Source of the DNA: Octopus bimaculoides
Lineage: Eukaryota
Direction of reading: 5' to 3'
NCBI RefSeq assembly: GCF_001194135.2
Contig: NC_069007.1
Span: 4,039,674 to 4,088,032 of the forward strand
DNA: 48,359 bases
The notes under the pieces were generated by a model. That model was not told where the DNA came from and did not search any database. It saw only the letters and a list, made by a program, of their open reading frames with translations. Within the stretch, counting starts at the first letter, position 1. Each line of letters begins with the position of its first letter. Below are positions 1 to 11,358 of the stretch, one piece after another. A program made the position numbers and the translations under genes.

Positions 1-327
1 ATTACTAATTGACAATTCCCTGCCCTGCATATATATATATATATATAAATTTAAAATTATTTATAGTACAGTGGACATTTATTGTGGTTTTAGAGTCAGG
101 ATTTGACTGCTATTTTTCAGCGTGGCGGTATCTCTTAGATACCCTGTATTATAATTTTAAATGATTATTACCTTTGATGGTTTTTATTCCCATGCTGGCC
201 ACTTGATAAGATCAATATTTTAAATATTGATCTTATCCTTATTTATATAAATATATATATATAAAATTAATTTTCTAAGTTTTGATGTACTTTTTTTTTG
301 TTTATGTTTATTTTTTTTACTTTCCAG

Positions 328-361
328 TTCGGATTGATGCTTTTACTTCAGAAATATTGAT
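328..361 (+). CDS. Internal coding exon (first visible) of an unidentified spliced gene; xRIDAFTSEIL(I)
   Basis: Poly-T tract plus ttccag acceptor (326-327) and gtatga donor at 362; phase 1 to 2 joins in frame with the 1871 exon. Confidence 0.7.
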
Positions 362-1120
362 GTATGAAACATGCAATTTCCAGAAAATTCTGCAGAAATT
401 CAAGTAATATGTTTTTTTTTTAATTGTTGTTGTTGTACTCTAAAAATTTATATATTTAATGTATTTTATTCTTTTACTTGTTTCAGTCTTTAGACTGCCG
501 CCATGCTGGGGCATTGCTTTGAAGAATTAATCAGATGTATTGACCCCAGTACTTATTGTATTGGTCTCTTTTGCTGCACCGCTAAGTTACGGAGATGTAA
601 ACGCACCAGCACTGGTTGTCAAGCCAGGACACACACACATGCACCCCTGCCCTCATATTTATATATATATATTATGTATGTGTGTGTGTATATCATCATC
701 ATCATCGTTTAACGTCCGCTTTTCATGCTGGCATGGGTTGGATGGTTTGACTGAGGACTGGGGAGCCAGAAGGCTGCACCCGGCTCCAATCTGATCTGGC
801 AATGTTTCTACAGCTGGATGCTCTTCCTAACGCCAACCACTCCAAGACAGTAGTGGGTGCTTTTATGTGCCACTGGCATGAGAGCCAGTCAGGCAGTTCT
901 GGCAACAACCACACTCAAAAGGTGCTTTTTATGTGCTACCTGCATGGGAGCCAGTCCAGCGGCACTGGCAATGACCACGCTCGAATGTTGTTTTTCACGT
1001 GCCACCGGCATATGTGCAACACAAACACATGCAAATTGTTCAACAAGAGATTGCAGAACCATCCTTCTCAGACTACAAGAGACTATCGTTATTATTATCA
1101 TTATTATTATTATTATCTTT

Positions 1121-1347
1121 CAACCCTTTAACATTCAGTTAACTCCTCCATCAAATGTAATGCTTATTTATTCTCATTGTTTTGAATTAACCATGCATTA
1201 TCTTGCGGCTTTGAGGTTCCAATGATATGATTTGTTCATTCTAAGAATGACAATGTAGGGTAGGTGTGAGAGGCTGGATCTGGTCAGTTTGAACAAGATA
1301 CAGATTATTTGGGCCAGGTATGGCTGGTTTAAATGCTAAAGAGTTAA
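1121..1347 (+). mobile_element. piggyBac-type MITE (~225 bp; other copies near 2265-2497, 2975-3135, 17735-17934 inverted, 21707-21920, 37515-37740)
   Basis: Family termini TTAA|CCCTTT...AAAGGG|TTAA, partly degenerate in this copy; shared internal sequence across copies. Confidence 0.65.
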
Positions 1348-1870
1348 TAACACTGTAACAAAACTTTAATCTTTTTGTATTCGGTCTGTAAGTGTTATTT
1401 CCTGTTTGCTTCTATCTACAAATCAAAGGAAATCACTACCATTCCTTTCAAGCTTTGCTTTTGTCACCTGGACATCAAAGTTTTGAAACTGGTCTGTTTT
1501 CCATTACATTTCAGACAGATTCAGCATTGAGTTGCTGAAGCAGAAATATCGTTACAGCAAATATTCTGCTCAATACCACAGTTTTGCTTGTCAGTTGCTT
1601 GACCATAACCATTCAAGCATGTCCCTCAGTGGCTTACAATATGTGCATCCCTGATCATGAATAGGAGTAGTGGGGGAGCATCATAACCATATGCCGAGAG
1701 GAATTCTTTAGGGTTTGAATAAATATCATAAATGCAAAGTTTGAAGGAAATATTGGCCATTTTTCATACTTCCTAGAGATAAGTAAATGGGAAATAACAG
1801 TTGGTAGCCAAGGACAAAAACCATGTTACGTGGTGTAATTGATGCTGTATTTTAATTCTTCTCATTTCAG

Positions 1871-1921
1871 TCCTGTCCATTGCAATACATTTCTCTACAA
1901 CATTTTCTGCAAATTTCACAG
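1871..1921 (+). CDS. Internal coding exon, unidentified gene; (I)PVHCNTFLYNIFCKFH(S)
   Basis: ctcatttcag acceptor, AG|gtgaga donor, 51 nt, phase 2-2, open frame continuous with neighbouring exons. Confidence 0.8.
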
Positions 1922-2571
1922 GTGAGAAAACAGTTTCCAATCCAACGTTTTACTGTCCTTTACTCTAAGGGGTCTCCCATGCTTAACCGAGATATTAATG
2001 TATTAAACTACAAAAATACATGGTCAAGATATTACTTTGGGTCACTGTGTTGCACCCTTGAGCAAGGCATTTGACTTTGCTGTTTTGTCTTTGAAACCAG
2101 TTTTTGTTAAGTCAGTCTTGGTAGAATTTGAATTCAGAATGTAAAGATGGATGAAATACCTCTAAGAATTTTGTCTGGCATGCGAACAACACTGCCATCT
2201 TGAAACAAAAATCATTACAATTCTTTTGTACCCTGCATCCACCCCTGCACCAAACTTACAAACTTTATTAACCTTTTTGTATTCAGATTATTTTGTCAAA
2301 TGTAATGTTTTTGTTTATTTATATTGTTTTGAATTAATCATGCATTATCATGTAGCAGAGAGATTTCGATGATGTGGTTGTTCAGTTTTAGAATGACATT
2401 GTAAGGTTGATGTGAGAGACCAGATGCGGCCAGTTTCAACATAAAACAAGTGAAATATTTTGGTTGGATATGGCAGGTTTGACTGCTAAAGGATTAAACA
2501 ATGACACCAAACACTTTTAGTTTCCTTTGACTCAAGAATTTTATTGTTTTAATCCAACTTGTATTTTCCAG

Positions 2572-2658
2572 TTTAAAATCTTCAAGATATCTGCTGAGTC
2601 ATTGTGCTGGAGAGACCAGTTGTATAATAAGCGAAGCTGTTTCAAATCGTCATACCAT
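2572..2658 (+). CDS. Internal coding exon, unidentified gene; (S)LKSSRYLLSHCAGETSCIISEAVSNRHT(I)
   Basis: gtattttccag acceptor, gtaagt donor at 2659, 87 nt, phase 2-2, no stops. Confidence 0.8.
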
Positions 2659-2781
2659 GTAAGTTATTTAGATTTATTCATTATATTCTATTTATAAGGT
2701 GGCACGCTGGCAGAAACGGCTCCAGCATGGCCATGGTCAAATGACTGAAATGTGTAAAAGAGTACCATTTTATTTTCTTAG

Positions 2782-2930
2782 ATTAAATTGCTCTGACCTC
2801 TACCAGAAATACTCCAAGAATATCAATGCTGCACACCCACTCAATGTGCCATGGATTCCACTTGATACACAACTGTTGACACCTTATCATATTAGTAATG
2901 GACGGATCCCGGCAACATTTAATCCGAAAG
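2782..2930 (+). CDS. Internal coding exon, unidentified gene; (I)LNCSDLYQKYSKNINAAHPLNVPWIPLDTQLLTPYHISNGRIPATFNPK(G)
   Basis: ttttattttcttag acceptor, AAG|gtaagt donor, 149 nt, phase 2 to 1; matches the 3' part of track ORF 2699..2938. Confidence 0.85.
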
Positions 2931-4015
2931 GTAAGTAAATGATTTTATGACCAGTGAACAATCATTTGCCATTTAATCCTTAAACATCCAGATTAGCTTA
3001 TTTATTCACATTGTTTCGAATTAATCATACATTATCTTGTAACTTTGAGATTTCAATGATGTGATTGTTTATAATTTTAGAATGACATTGTAGGTAAGTG
3101 TGAGAAGTTTGATCTGGCTGGTTTGAACACAAAAAAGGTAGAATATTTGGACCTCTCAACAAACTTTCTCTCCTCTCCTTCTTCCCTCTCTCTACACAGA
3201 CGTTGTAGTCAGACAGAAAGAAATCATTTTCTCTTATATAATATAATTTCACTCATCTCATATGACTTAGTTTCATGGGTGTGTAGAACATGTGACGCTG
3301 AGTCATATATATATATATATATATATATATATTGAGTGACTCAGCTTCACATGGAAGGGGTAGGGTGTGTCTGTGCTTCCTTATCTTGACATCATGTGAT
3401 GATAATTGTAAGTTAGTGGTGCTTCTTTCCAATTTTTCGAGAAAACAAACATGTCTGGCTTTACATCATCATCATTTAACATCCATCTTTTCCATACTTG
3501 CATAGGTCAGATGGACTGATCTGAAGGACATTTTGCTGTTATTTCAAGCAAAGTATGCCACAGTCCAAGTGTTCTCGGTTCATTTCTCTTGTTGTTTAAC
3601 CCCTGGTCAGTCCCGATTGAGTAGACTTTTGATCAGTGAAGATCCAGTGATGAGCTGGCAGAAATGTTAGCACGCTGGGCGAAATGCTTAGCGGTACTTC
3701 GTCTGTCTTTACGTTCTGAGTTCAAATTCCGCCGAGGTCGACTTTGCCTGTCATCCTTTCGGGGTCGATAAATTAAGTACCAGTTACGCACTGGGGCCGA
3801 TATAATCGACTTAAACCCCTTTGTTTGTCTCCTCTATGTTTAGCCCCTTGTGGGCAATAAAGAAATTGAAGATCCAACGGTGACCTTCTCATCATTTTAT
3901 ATATCTTGGATTACATTTAAAGTGTCCTTCTCTGTTTTAAAATGACAGAACATGATTTGAAGGGGATTTAACAGGTATTTCTGGTATGTTTCATTCCTTC
4001 TGTTTTCTTTCACAG

Positions 4016-4089
4016 GTAAAAGAAAATGGAAGAAGAAGAATGTTGCAACGTCCTCACAAAAAAGTGAGAAGAAAGCAAAGAGGTCCTGA
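4016..4089 (+). CDS. Last coding exon, unidentified gene; (G)KRKWKKKNVATSSQKSEKKAKRS*
   Basis: tgttttctttcacag acceptor; phase-1 entry completes GGT; TGA at 4087-4089; basic, NLS-like tail. Confidence 0.75.
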
Positions 4090-5056
4090 TGTAAATATCA
4101 CGAGAATAAAAACTATAAATTGTAAGTTTGTCCTTCTTGCTGTTTGGCCCCTGGTCAATCCACATCCAAATTAGTCCAGCTATGACCTCTCTTTATTATT
4201 CCAGCAAAATGGTGTATCTACAACTAGCATCGTCCTATTTGTTTAGCTTGTACTTGTTTCAGTTGTGACACTGTGATCATGCTGGGGCACCACCTTGAAG
4301 AATTTTAGTTGAAGAATCGTCCCCGGTACTTATGGTTTTTTCAGTGGTTAGAACGTTGAGCTTATGATCGTAAGGTTGTGAGTTCGAATCCCGGACCGGG
4401 CTGTGTGTTGTGTTCTTGAGCACGACACTTTATTTCACATTGCTCCTGTTCATTCATCTGTAGAAATGAGTTGTGATGTCACTGGTGCCAAACTGTTTTG
4501 GCCCCTTTGCCTTTCCCTTGGATAACATCAGTGGCGTAGAGAAGGGAGGCTGGTATTCAAGGGCGACTGTTGGCTTTCCACAAACAACCTTGCCTGGACT
4601 TGTGCCTCAGAAGGAAACTTCCTAGGTGCAATCCCATGGCCCTTCATGACTGAAGGGGGTCTCAGTGATATGGCGAGGGATTACTGTACCCCATAGCATT
4701 TAGGGCTGCCTCAGTGTAGGTCCTTTTACAGAAAGGAAGAATTTTGTTCATTAATCAATGAATTTAGTACAACAAAAACTGCTGGAGTTGAAAAAATTAT
4801 TTAAAGTCTTCAAGATGTGATTCCCAGCATAATTATCATTCAATGACTGAAATCAATACAAGAACACAAGATAAAAAACAAAAAACTGCATGACATTAAT
4901 AAGGCATTCAGTTTTTTTAATTGCTCAAACTATTATATAAAAATTAACAGAGGAATACAAAAAAAAAAATTGAGAGTAAATGAATAAAAAAAAAAGACAA
5001 GGAATTTGAAAGAATGAAAGAAGAAATGTAAAAGTTAAGATGACTGATTAACATGT

Positions 5057-5203
5057 CTATGATGTTGCTCCAGCCTTGGCTTGTTTAGCAGTCTTCAATG
5101 GTGACATCAAAAATAAGTAACCTTTTTTAACACATCTCTTCTCGTTTAAATCACAAATGAAGTTTTGTGGGCAGCAGTGCATGTAATCAGCACAGCAAAC
5201 AGC
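5057..5203 (-). CDS. GRN: Progranulin last coding exon: C-half of granulin 4 plus tail (AVCCADYMHCCPQNFICDLNEKRCVKKGYLFLMSPLKTAKQAKAGATS*)
   Basis: gcctttcttttccag acceptor; completes a 12-Cys module; TAG at 5059-5057. Confidence 0.88.
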   Translation of the reverse strand, partial: AVCCADYMHCCPQNFICDLNEKRCVKKGYLFLMSPLKTAKQAKAGATS

Positions 5204-5588
5204 CTGGAAAAGAAAGGCAGACAGCAACATTAGCCGTCGAGCAATGGTGGGGGGGGACAAACAAGTANNNNNNNNNNNNNNNNNNNNNNNNNNNNNNNNN
5301 NNNNNNNNNNNNNNNNNNNNNNNNNNNNNNNNNNNNNNNNNNNNNNNNNNNNNNNNNNNNNNNNNNNNNNNNNNNNNNNNNNNNNNNNNNNNNNNNNNNN
5401 NNNNNNNNNNNNNNNNNNNNNNNNNNNNNNNNNNNNNNNNNNNNNNNNNNNNNNNNNNNNNNNNNNNNNNNNNNNNNNNNNNNNNNNNNNNNNNNNNNNN
5501 NNNNNNNNNNNNNNNNNNNNNNNNNNNNNNNNNNNNNNNNNNNNNNNNNNNNNNNNNNNNNNNNNNNNNNNNNNNNNNNNNNNNNNNN

Positions 5589-5920
5589 GCGGTTTCGATT
5601 CCCAGACCGGGCGTTGTGAGCGTTTATTGAGCGAAAACACCTAAAAGCTCCACGAGGCTCCGGCAGGGGATGGTGGCGAACCCTGCTGTACTCTTTCACC
5701 ACAACTTTCTCTCACTCTTACTTCCTGTTTCTGTTGTGCCTGTAATTCAAAGGGTCAGCCTTGTCACACTCTGTGTCACGCTGAATATCTCCGAGAACTA
5801 CGTTAAGGGTACACGTGTCTGTGGAGTGCTCAGCCACTTGCACGTTAATTTCACGAGCAGGCTGTTCCGTTGATCGGATCAACTGGAACCCCCCTCGTCG
5901 TCGTAAGCGACGGAGTGCCA
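5589..5920 (+). mobile_element. tRNA-derived SINE, family B (near-identical inverted copy at 33004-33389; relatives at 7212-7510 and 28540-28773)
   Basis: B-box GTTTCGATTCC; high identity between the 5589 and 33004 copies; full tRNA-like head visible at 33389-33320. Confidence 0.75.
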
Positions 5921-7520
5921 AAATTATAAAACAGACAAGACCAGACTGTCATTTGCACAGATATAATAATAATAATAATAATAATGGTTTCAAATCTTGG
6001 CACAAGGGCAGCCATTTTGGAGGAGGGGACTAGTCAATTACATTGATCCCCAGTGTTCCACTGGTACTTAATTTATCGACCCCAAAAGGATGAAAGGCAA
6101 AGTCAACCTCAGTGGAATTTGAACTCAGAACATAAGGATGGAAGAAATATCGCTATGCACTTTGCCTGGCATGCTAATGATTCTGCCAGCATGAGGATGA
6201 TAATAATAATAAATACCCTGATACAGTACCAAGCAGTGGCCCTCATGGCTTCTGATATTAATGGATTGGAAGTGTTATCATGTACACTGTTTTGTCTTGA
6301 TATAAAAAGATGGACCTCAGCAAATATTCTGCTCAATCCCACAGATTTGCTTGTCAGTTATTTAACCTTAACCAGTTAAGCATGTCCCTTAGTGGCTGAT
6401 GATATGTGCATCTCTGATGATGAGCAGCAGTAGTGGGGGAGCATCATAGCCATGTGTCGAGAGGAATTCTTTGAGGTTTGAATAATTCACCTTTGCAAAC
6501 ATGGGTGTTTTGTTCATCATCCTTAAACACCTCTTATTCAGAGACTTTTTAAGTGGGATGGGCTACTCAACCTAAAGAAAATTCTAACTGGGCCCCACCT
6601 GCATGTGATGCATTTGCCTGGTGTATAAGATAGAATAAGTACTGGGGTCAATTCATTCAACTAAAAGTTCTTCAATGCAGTCTAGTGACTGGAACAGGTA
6701 AAAGATACATAAATCAATAGATAGATACATAGAAAGACAGAAAAAAATCACACAAATAACAAAGTAAAATTATGAAACAAAAAGGAGACAAATAATACAC
6801 TGTGAGACAAGTGAAAGTACAAGACTGAAAAAGGTTAAAAATATAAAGCAAAAGAACAACAATCAAAGCAGTATACAACGAAGATAAATACAGTAAAAGA
6901 AGAAACAAGGGAACCTAACGCTTTGGGTGATGTTCTTTATCAAAGAGAAGAAAAAGTATTAAAAGATGTCAGAGAAAAAGAAATAAACGATACTGCATGC
7001 ATAGAAGGTCTGAGGGTATACTATATATAGGTATAGGTGTGGTTTTATGAAAAGAAGCTTGCTTCACAACCACATGGTTCCGGGTTCAGTCCCATTGCAT
7101 GGCACCTTGGGCAAGTATCTTCTATCATAGCCTTGGGCCAACTAAAGCCTTGATTTGGAAGATAGAAACTGAAAAAAGACCGTCGTATGTATGTGTGTGT
7201 ATACATACATATGTGGAGGCACATGGCCTAGTGGTTAGAGCAGCAGACTTGCGGTCGAAGGATCATGGGTTCGAATCTCAGACCAGGCAATGTGTGTTTA
7301 TGAGTGAAACACCTAAGCTCCACGCGGCTCCGGCAGAAAGTAATGGTGAACTTCTGCTGACTCTTTCATCACAACTTTTTCTTGCTCATTCCTCCTGCAT
7401 CTAGCAGCTCACCTGCGACGGACTGGGGTCCTGTCCAGGTGGGAAGCCTATATGAAACTCAGAAAATGACCTCTATGAGCCAGGCATGGCTTGAGAAGGA
7501 ACAAACAACAACATATATAA

Positions 7521-7552
<32 letters not shown>

Positions 7553-7694
7553 ATGTTTCATCTTGCCTTTTATCCATTTGGGGGTTGATAAAATAAGTAC
7601 TAGTTGAGTACCAGGGTCAATGCAATCAACTTACCTCACTCCCCCAAAATTGCTGGCCCTGTGCCAAAATTTGACTTAATTATTATGTTGTCAT

Positions 7695-8030
7695 TGTGAA
7701 GGCACATGGCTCAGTGGTAGAGCATCAGGCTCACAATCATGAGGTAGTGAGTTCAATTCCCAGACTGGAGTGTGTGTTGTGTTCTTGAGCAAGACACTTT
7801 ATTTCACGTTGCTCCAGTTCCCTCAGCTGTAGAAATGAGTTGTGACGTCACTGGTGCCAAGCTGTATCAGCCCCTTTTGCCTTTCCCTTGGATAACATTG
7901 GTGGTGTGGAGAGGGGATGCTGATATGGCCGACTGTTAATCTTCCACAAACAACCTTGCCCAGACTTGTGCTTTGGAGGGTAACTTTCTAGGTGCAATCC
8001 CATGGTCAGTCATGACCGAAGGGGTTTATT
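7695..8030 (+). mobile_element. tRNA-derived SINE, family C (copies at 4340-4660 and 18586-18820)
   Basis: GGCTCAGTGGTAGAGC A-box and GAGTTCAATTCCC B-box; shared body among three copies. Confidence 0.75.
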
Positions 8031-8349
8031 TCACTCCAAAGCTAGACGATATCTATAGCATTACCAAATATATTATGTTCTGAGTAATTCTTAAAAAGGA
8101 TTATACTGCACTGAGGAGAGATTATCCTTAGTACTCAGGAGAAGACAAAAAGGTTGCTTGTTTTTACAGACAACATCGATCGACATGACAAAATATTCCA
8201 ACAACAAACAAGGAAAAAGCAACAACATGTAAACAAAAAGAGTAAAACTGGAAAATTGCAGTAAAGCTGTGTGAAAGTGGAGTCAGGTGTGGCATACAGA
8301 TAGTTACATGACTAGTTTGGCATTATGCTTTCATTCTCTGCCATTTTAA

Positions 8350-8730
8350 GGCAGCAAGCTGGCCGAAATGCTTAGCAGTATTTCATCTGCTGCTATGTTC
8401 TGAGTTCAAATTCCGCTGAGGTCGACTTTGCCTTTCATCCTCTCGGGGTCGATTAAATAAGTACCAGTTACGCACTGGGGTCGATATAATCGACTTAATT
8501 TGTTTGTCTGTCCTTGTTTGTCCCCTCTGTGTGTAACCCCTTGTGGGCAGTAAAGAAATAGGTATTTCATCTGTCTTTACATTCTGAGTTCAAATTCTGC
8601 CAAGGTCAACTTTGCCTTTCATCCTTTCGGGGTTGATAAATTAAGTACTGGTCACGTACTGGGGTTGATCTAATCAACTGGCCTCCCTCTCCCCAAATTT
8701 CGGGCCTTGTGCCTAGAGTAGAAAAGATTT
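8350..8730 (+). mobile_element. Two tandem copies of SINE family D (others: 3650-3870 +, 5990-6190 -, 10683-11057 -, 13235-13435 -, 14345-14580 -, 43130-43290 -)
   Basis: Shared core GAGTTCAAATTCCGCCGAGGTCGACTTTGCCTTTCATCC...AAGTACCAG. Confidence 0.75.
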
Positions 8731-9266
8731 TTCTTTTCCATTTTATTTTGACATGTGCATTGTGTTTTTCTTCTTCTATTCCGTTTTACAGATTCAGTGT
8801 GCATTGTGTGTCCATTCTTCTCTTTCCAGCTCCAACTCAAAACTGTTTACAGATCATAACCAACTGATGAGCACAGGTTTGTGTGGAGCTGGTGACACGG
8901 ACAGGGTACCTGTGGTAGTGACATGTAAACGGCACCTGTGCCAGTAATGCATTAAAAGTACCCATGATGGTGACACATAGAAGGTACCCTTGCTGGTCAC
9001 ATGTACAAGCCTACCCGAGCCGGCGATATGTAAAAGCATCCAGTACACTCAGCAGAGTGGTTGGTATTACAAAGGGCATCCAGCCAAAACAGACTGGGGT
9101 ATGGTGCAACTCTCTGGCTTACCATCTCTAGCCAAACCGTCTAACCCATGCCAGCATAGAAGATGGACACTAAATGATGAGGATGCAGAAATGAAGCAAA
9201 CTAAAATCAACAACAGCAACAACAACAACGACAACAAGTAACTGAATCAATGGTAAAATCACTTAC

Positions 9267-9560
9267 ATGTGTGTAGGAACAACAACCCCAGACGCCAGTG
9301 TTCATGGCACAACAAGTGTCATTTTCAGAGCATGAACTGTTGTCAGGACACAGAGTATCCTTCACAAGAGGCAGTGCCGCTGCTTCTGATGGTGCCAAAT
9401 TGCCGCCTTTCACTTGGGACACCATTCTCCACTGAGTTCTATCGTAAGCAGAGCCCTTAGTAAGACGGTTAGTATCGTTCTGTAAAATGCAGGTTTGGCT
9501 GCTCATATCGCAGATGCTATTTTGCGGACAGCAGTGTAGATGGTCACTACAACAAACCGC
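9267..9560 (-). CDS. GRN: Progranulin exon: C-half of granulin 3 plus N-half of granulin 4 (AVCCSDHLHCCPQNSICDMSSQTC...LCPDNSSCSENDTCCAMNTGVWGCCSYTH)
   Basis: ctgatag acceptor, CAT|gtaagt donor, 294 nt, phase 0-0. Confidence 0.93.
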
Positions 9561-10269
9561 CTATCAGTCGGGATAGTAAAGGAAATGTTAAATAAACAGA
9601 TGAGGGAGAAGAAAATCACTGGGACTATGGTATAACACTAGAGAATTATCTCTATATAATAAACAGTGAATAATATATCTATATATATAAAACTAAGAAT
9701 GTGTGTCTGTATGTGTGCATCACTAAAACTCGAGAACTACCCAACAGATTTCATTAAAATTTTACACGTGTCTTACTTAGGGTCCATGCAATGTCATGGA
9801 TCAAAAAAATGTTCATCTTCTTGCCTAATGCAAGCACAGAGCAATCTCTTACACTGTTCCGGTATAACGTGTCAAAAGTGAAACAATAACATCTCTGTTG
9901 TAATGTGAGATAATACCTTCGCTATTATACGGTTTCAATTTCAATTTAGTCCACTATGTATTTATATGTTTATATATATATGTTTATATATATATGTATA
10001 TATATGTATATATGTGTATATATATATATTATTCTATATTTATTTGATATTTTATTATAAGATTAGATACGTACATTGATTTTATTATTATCATTTTTAT
10101 TATTCTTATGATTTATTTTAATGTTATTTGCTATTTATTGATTTTTCGAATAGGGTTTTTGAGGTATATATGTTTTTCTAGATGTTTTTGAATGGCATTT
10201 TTCATTGTTGAATTTGTTAATAGTTGGTTTAATAGAAAAATATTGAGGTCATTTAGAATACATCACCCA

Positions 10270-11195
10270 GAATCTAATATAGAAAGATATATACAACAAA
10301 TTGAAGGTGGTAGAGGCCTTATACACTTAGAAAACTTCTATAAAATATCCACAAAAAGATTACAGAAATATCTGAGAACCAATGAAAACTGGTAGAAATA
10401 ACCATGGAACATGAGCAAAACAAAACACTGTTTTCTGTTGCCAAGGAGATAAAAGATACAAGAAAGAGGTCATAATATCTGAGAACTATGAAGAAAAGAA
10501 CAAGTAATAAAAGGTGTAAAGCAACTAAAATCTAAGATTAAATTGGAACTGCTAAATTCCATGATAGAAAAATGGCAAGAAAAACCCTTACATGGCAAAT
10601 ACTGGGAGACAAAGGGCTGAAAGCAGAAACTGAAGGATTTTTAATTGTAACACAAAATCAAAGCCTCCCCACCAGAAACACAATCTTTTTACTCTAGGCA
10701 CAAGGCCCGAAATTTTTGGGGAGGGAGCCAGTTGGTTAAATCAACCCCAGTAAGTAACTGGTACTTAATTTATCAACCCTAAAAGGACAGATGAAATACC
10801 ACTAAGCATTTCACTTGGCATGCTAATGTTTCTGCCAGCTTGCAGCTTTTGTATATTAAAATATTCTTTTCTAATCTAGGCACAAGGCCCGAAATTTTGG
10901 GGGAGGGTTAGATCAACCCCAGTACGTAAGTGGCACTTAATTCATCAACCCTGAAAGGATGAAAGGCAAAGTCGACCTTAGTGGAATTTGAGCTCAGAAC
11001 ACGAAGACAGATGAAATACTGCTAAGCATTTCGCCCGGCGTGCTAACATTTCTGCCATATCCAGAAACACATAATGAAGAAAAATACAAGTAACTGCAGA
11101 ATATGTGGTGATGGAGAAGGAACAATAAATCATACTGTCTCTGGCTGCCCAGTCTTGGCTAAAAATACATTTACAGACATAACAAAGTTAGGACC
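10270..11195 (+). mobile_element. Decayed R4/Dong-like (RLE-clade) non-LTR retrotransposon fragment, split by a double SINE at 10683-11057
   Basis: Remnant peptides GGRGLIHLE, WQEKPLHGKY, GLKAETEGFL, and zinc knuckle CRICGDGEGTINHTVSGCPVLA resuming after the SINE. Confidence 0.7.
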
Positions 11196-11197
11196 TA

Positions 11198-11358
11198 TGA
11201 GGATGGGCTGAAAATTTCATAGGTAGATGCTAGAGCTGTGAAATCTTGCATGCCTTAATTTCACCTCTTCGTTAATAACTGAATTGTTTCTTTCCAAGTA
11301 AACTGACATCTGACTGTTCAAAGAAGACTTCAAAAGTAATTAGTAGCTTAGTAGCAAC
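11198..11358 (+). mobile_element. Probable mariner 5'-end fragment
   Basis: TA followed by TGAGGATGGGCTGAAAATTTCA, resembling a mariner TIR/5' UTR from memory; no transposase retained. Confidence 0.45.

Noticed and set aside
3986-4174. Track ORF VKENGRRRMLQRPH... as the last exon frame
   Set aside because: The upstream exon ends in phase 1, which selects the GKRKWKKK...* frame.
5057-5080. Sortilin-binding C-terminal motif in progranulin
   Set aside because: The protein ends AGATS, not a QLL-like hydrophobic terminus.
6900-6960. Possible hammerhead remnants here and at 20440-20490 (- strand)
   Set aside because: Too many core substitutions to support; at most old PLE termini.
10672-11071. 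11-bp direct repeat ccagaaacaca as TSD of the double SINE
   Set aside because: The host element's expected coding sequence here (PTRNYQKH) is itself internally repetitive, so the duplication may predate the insertion.
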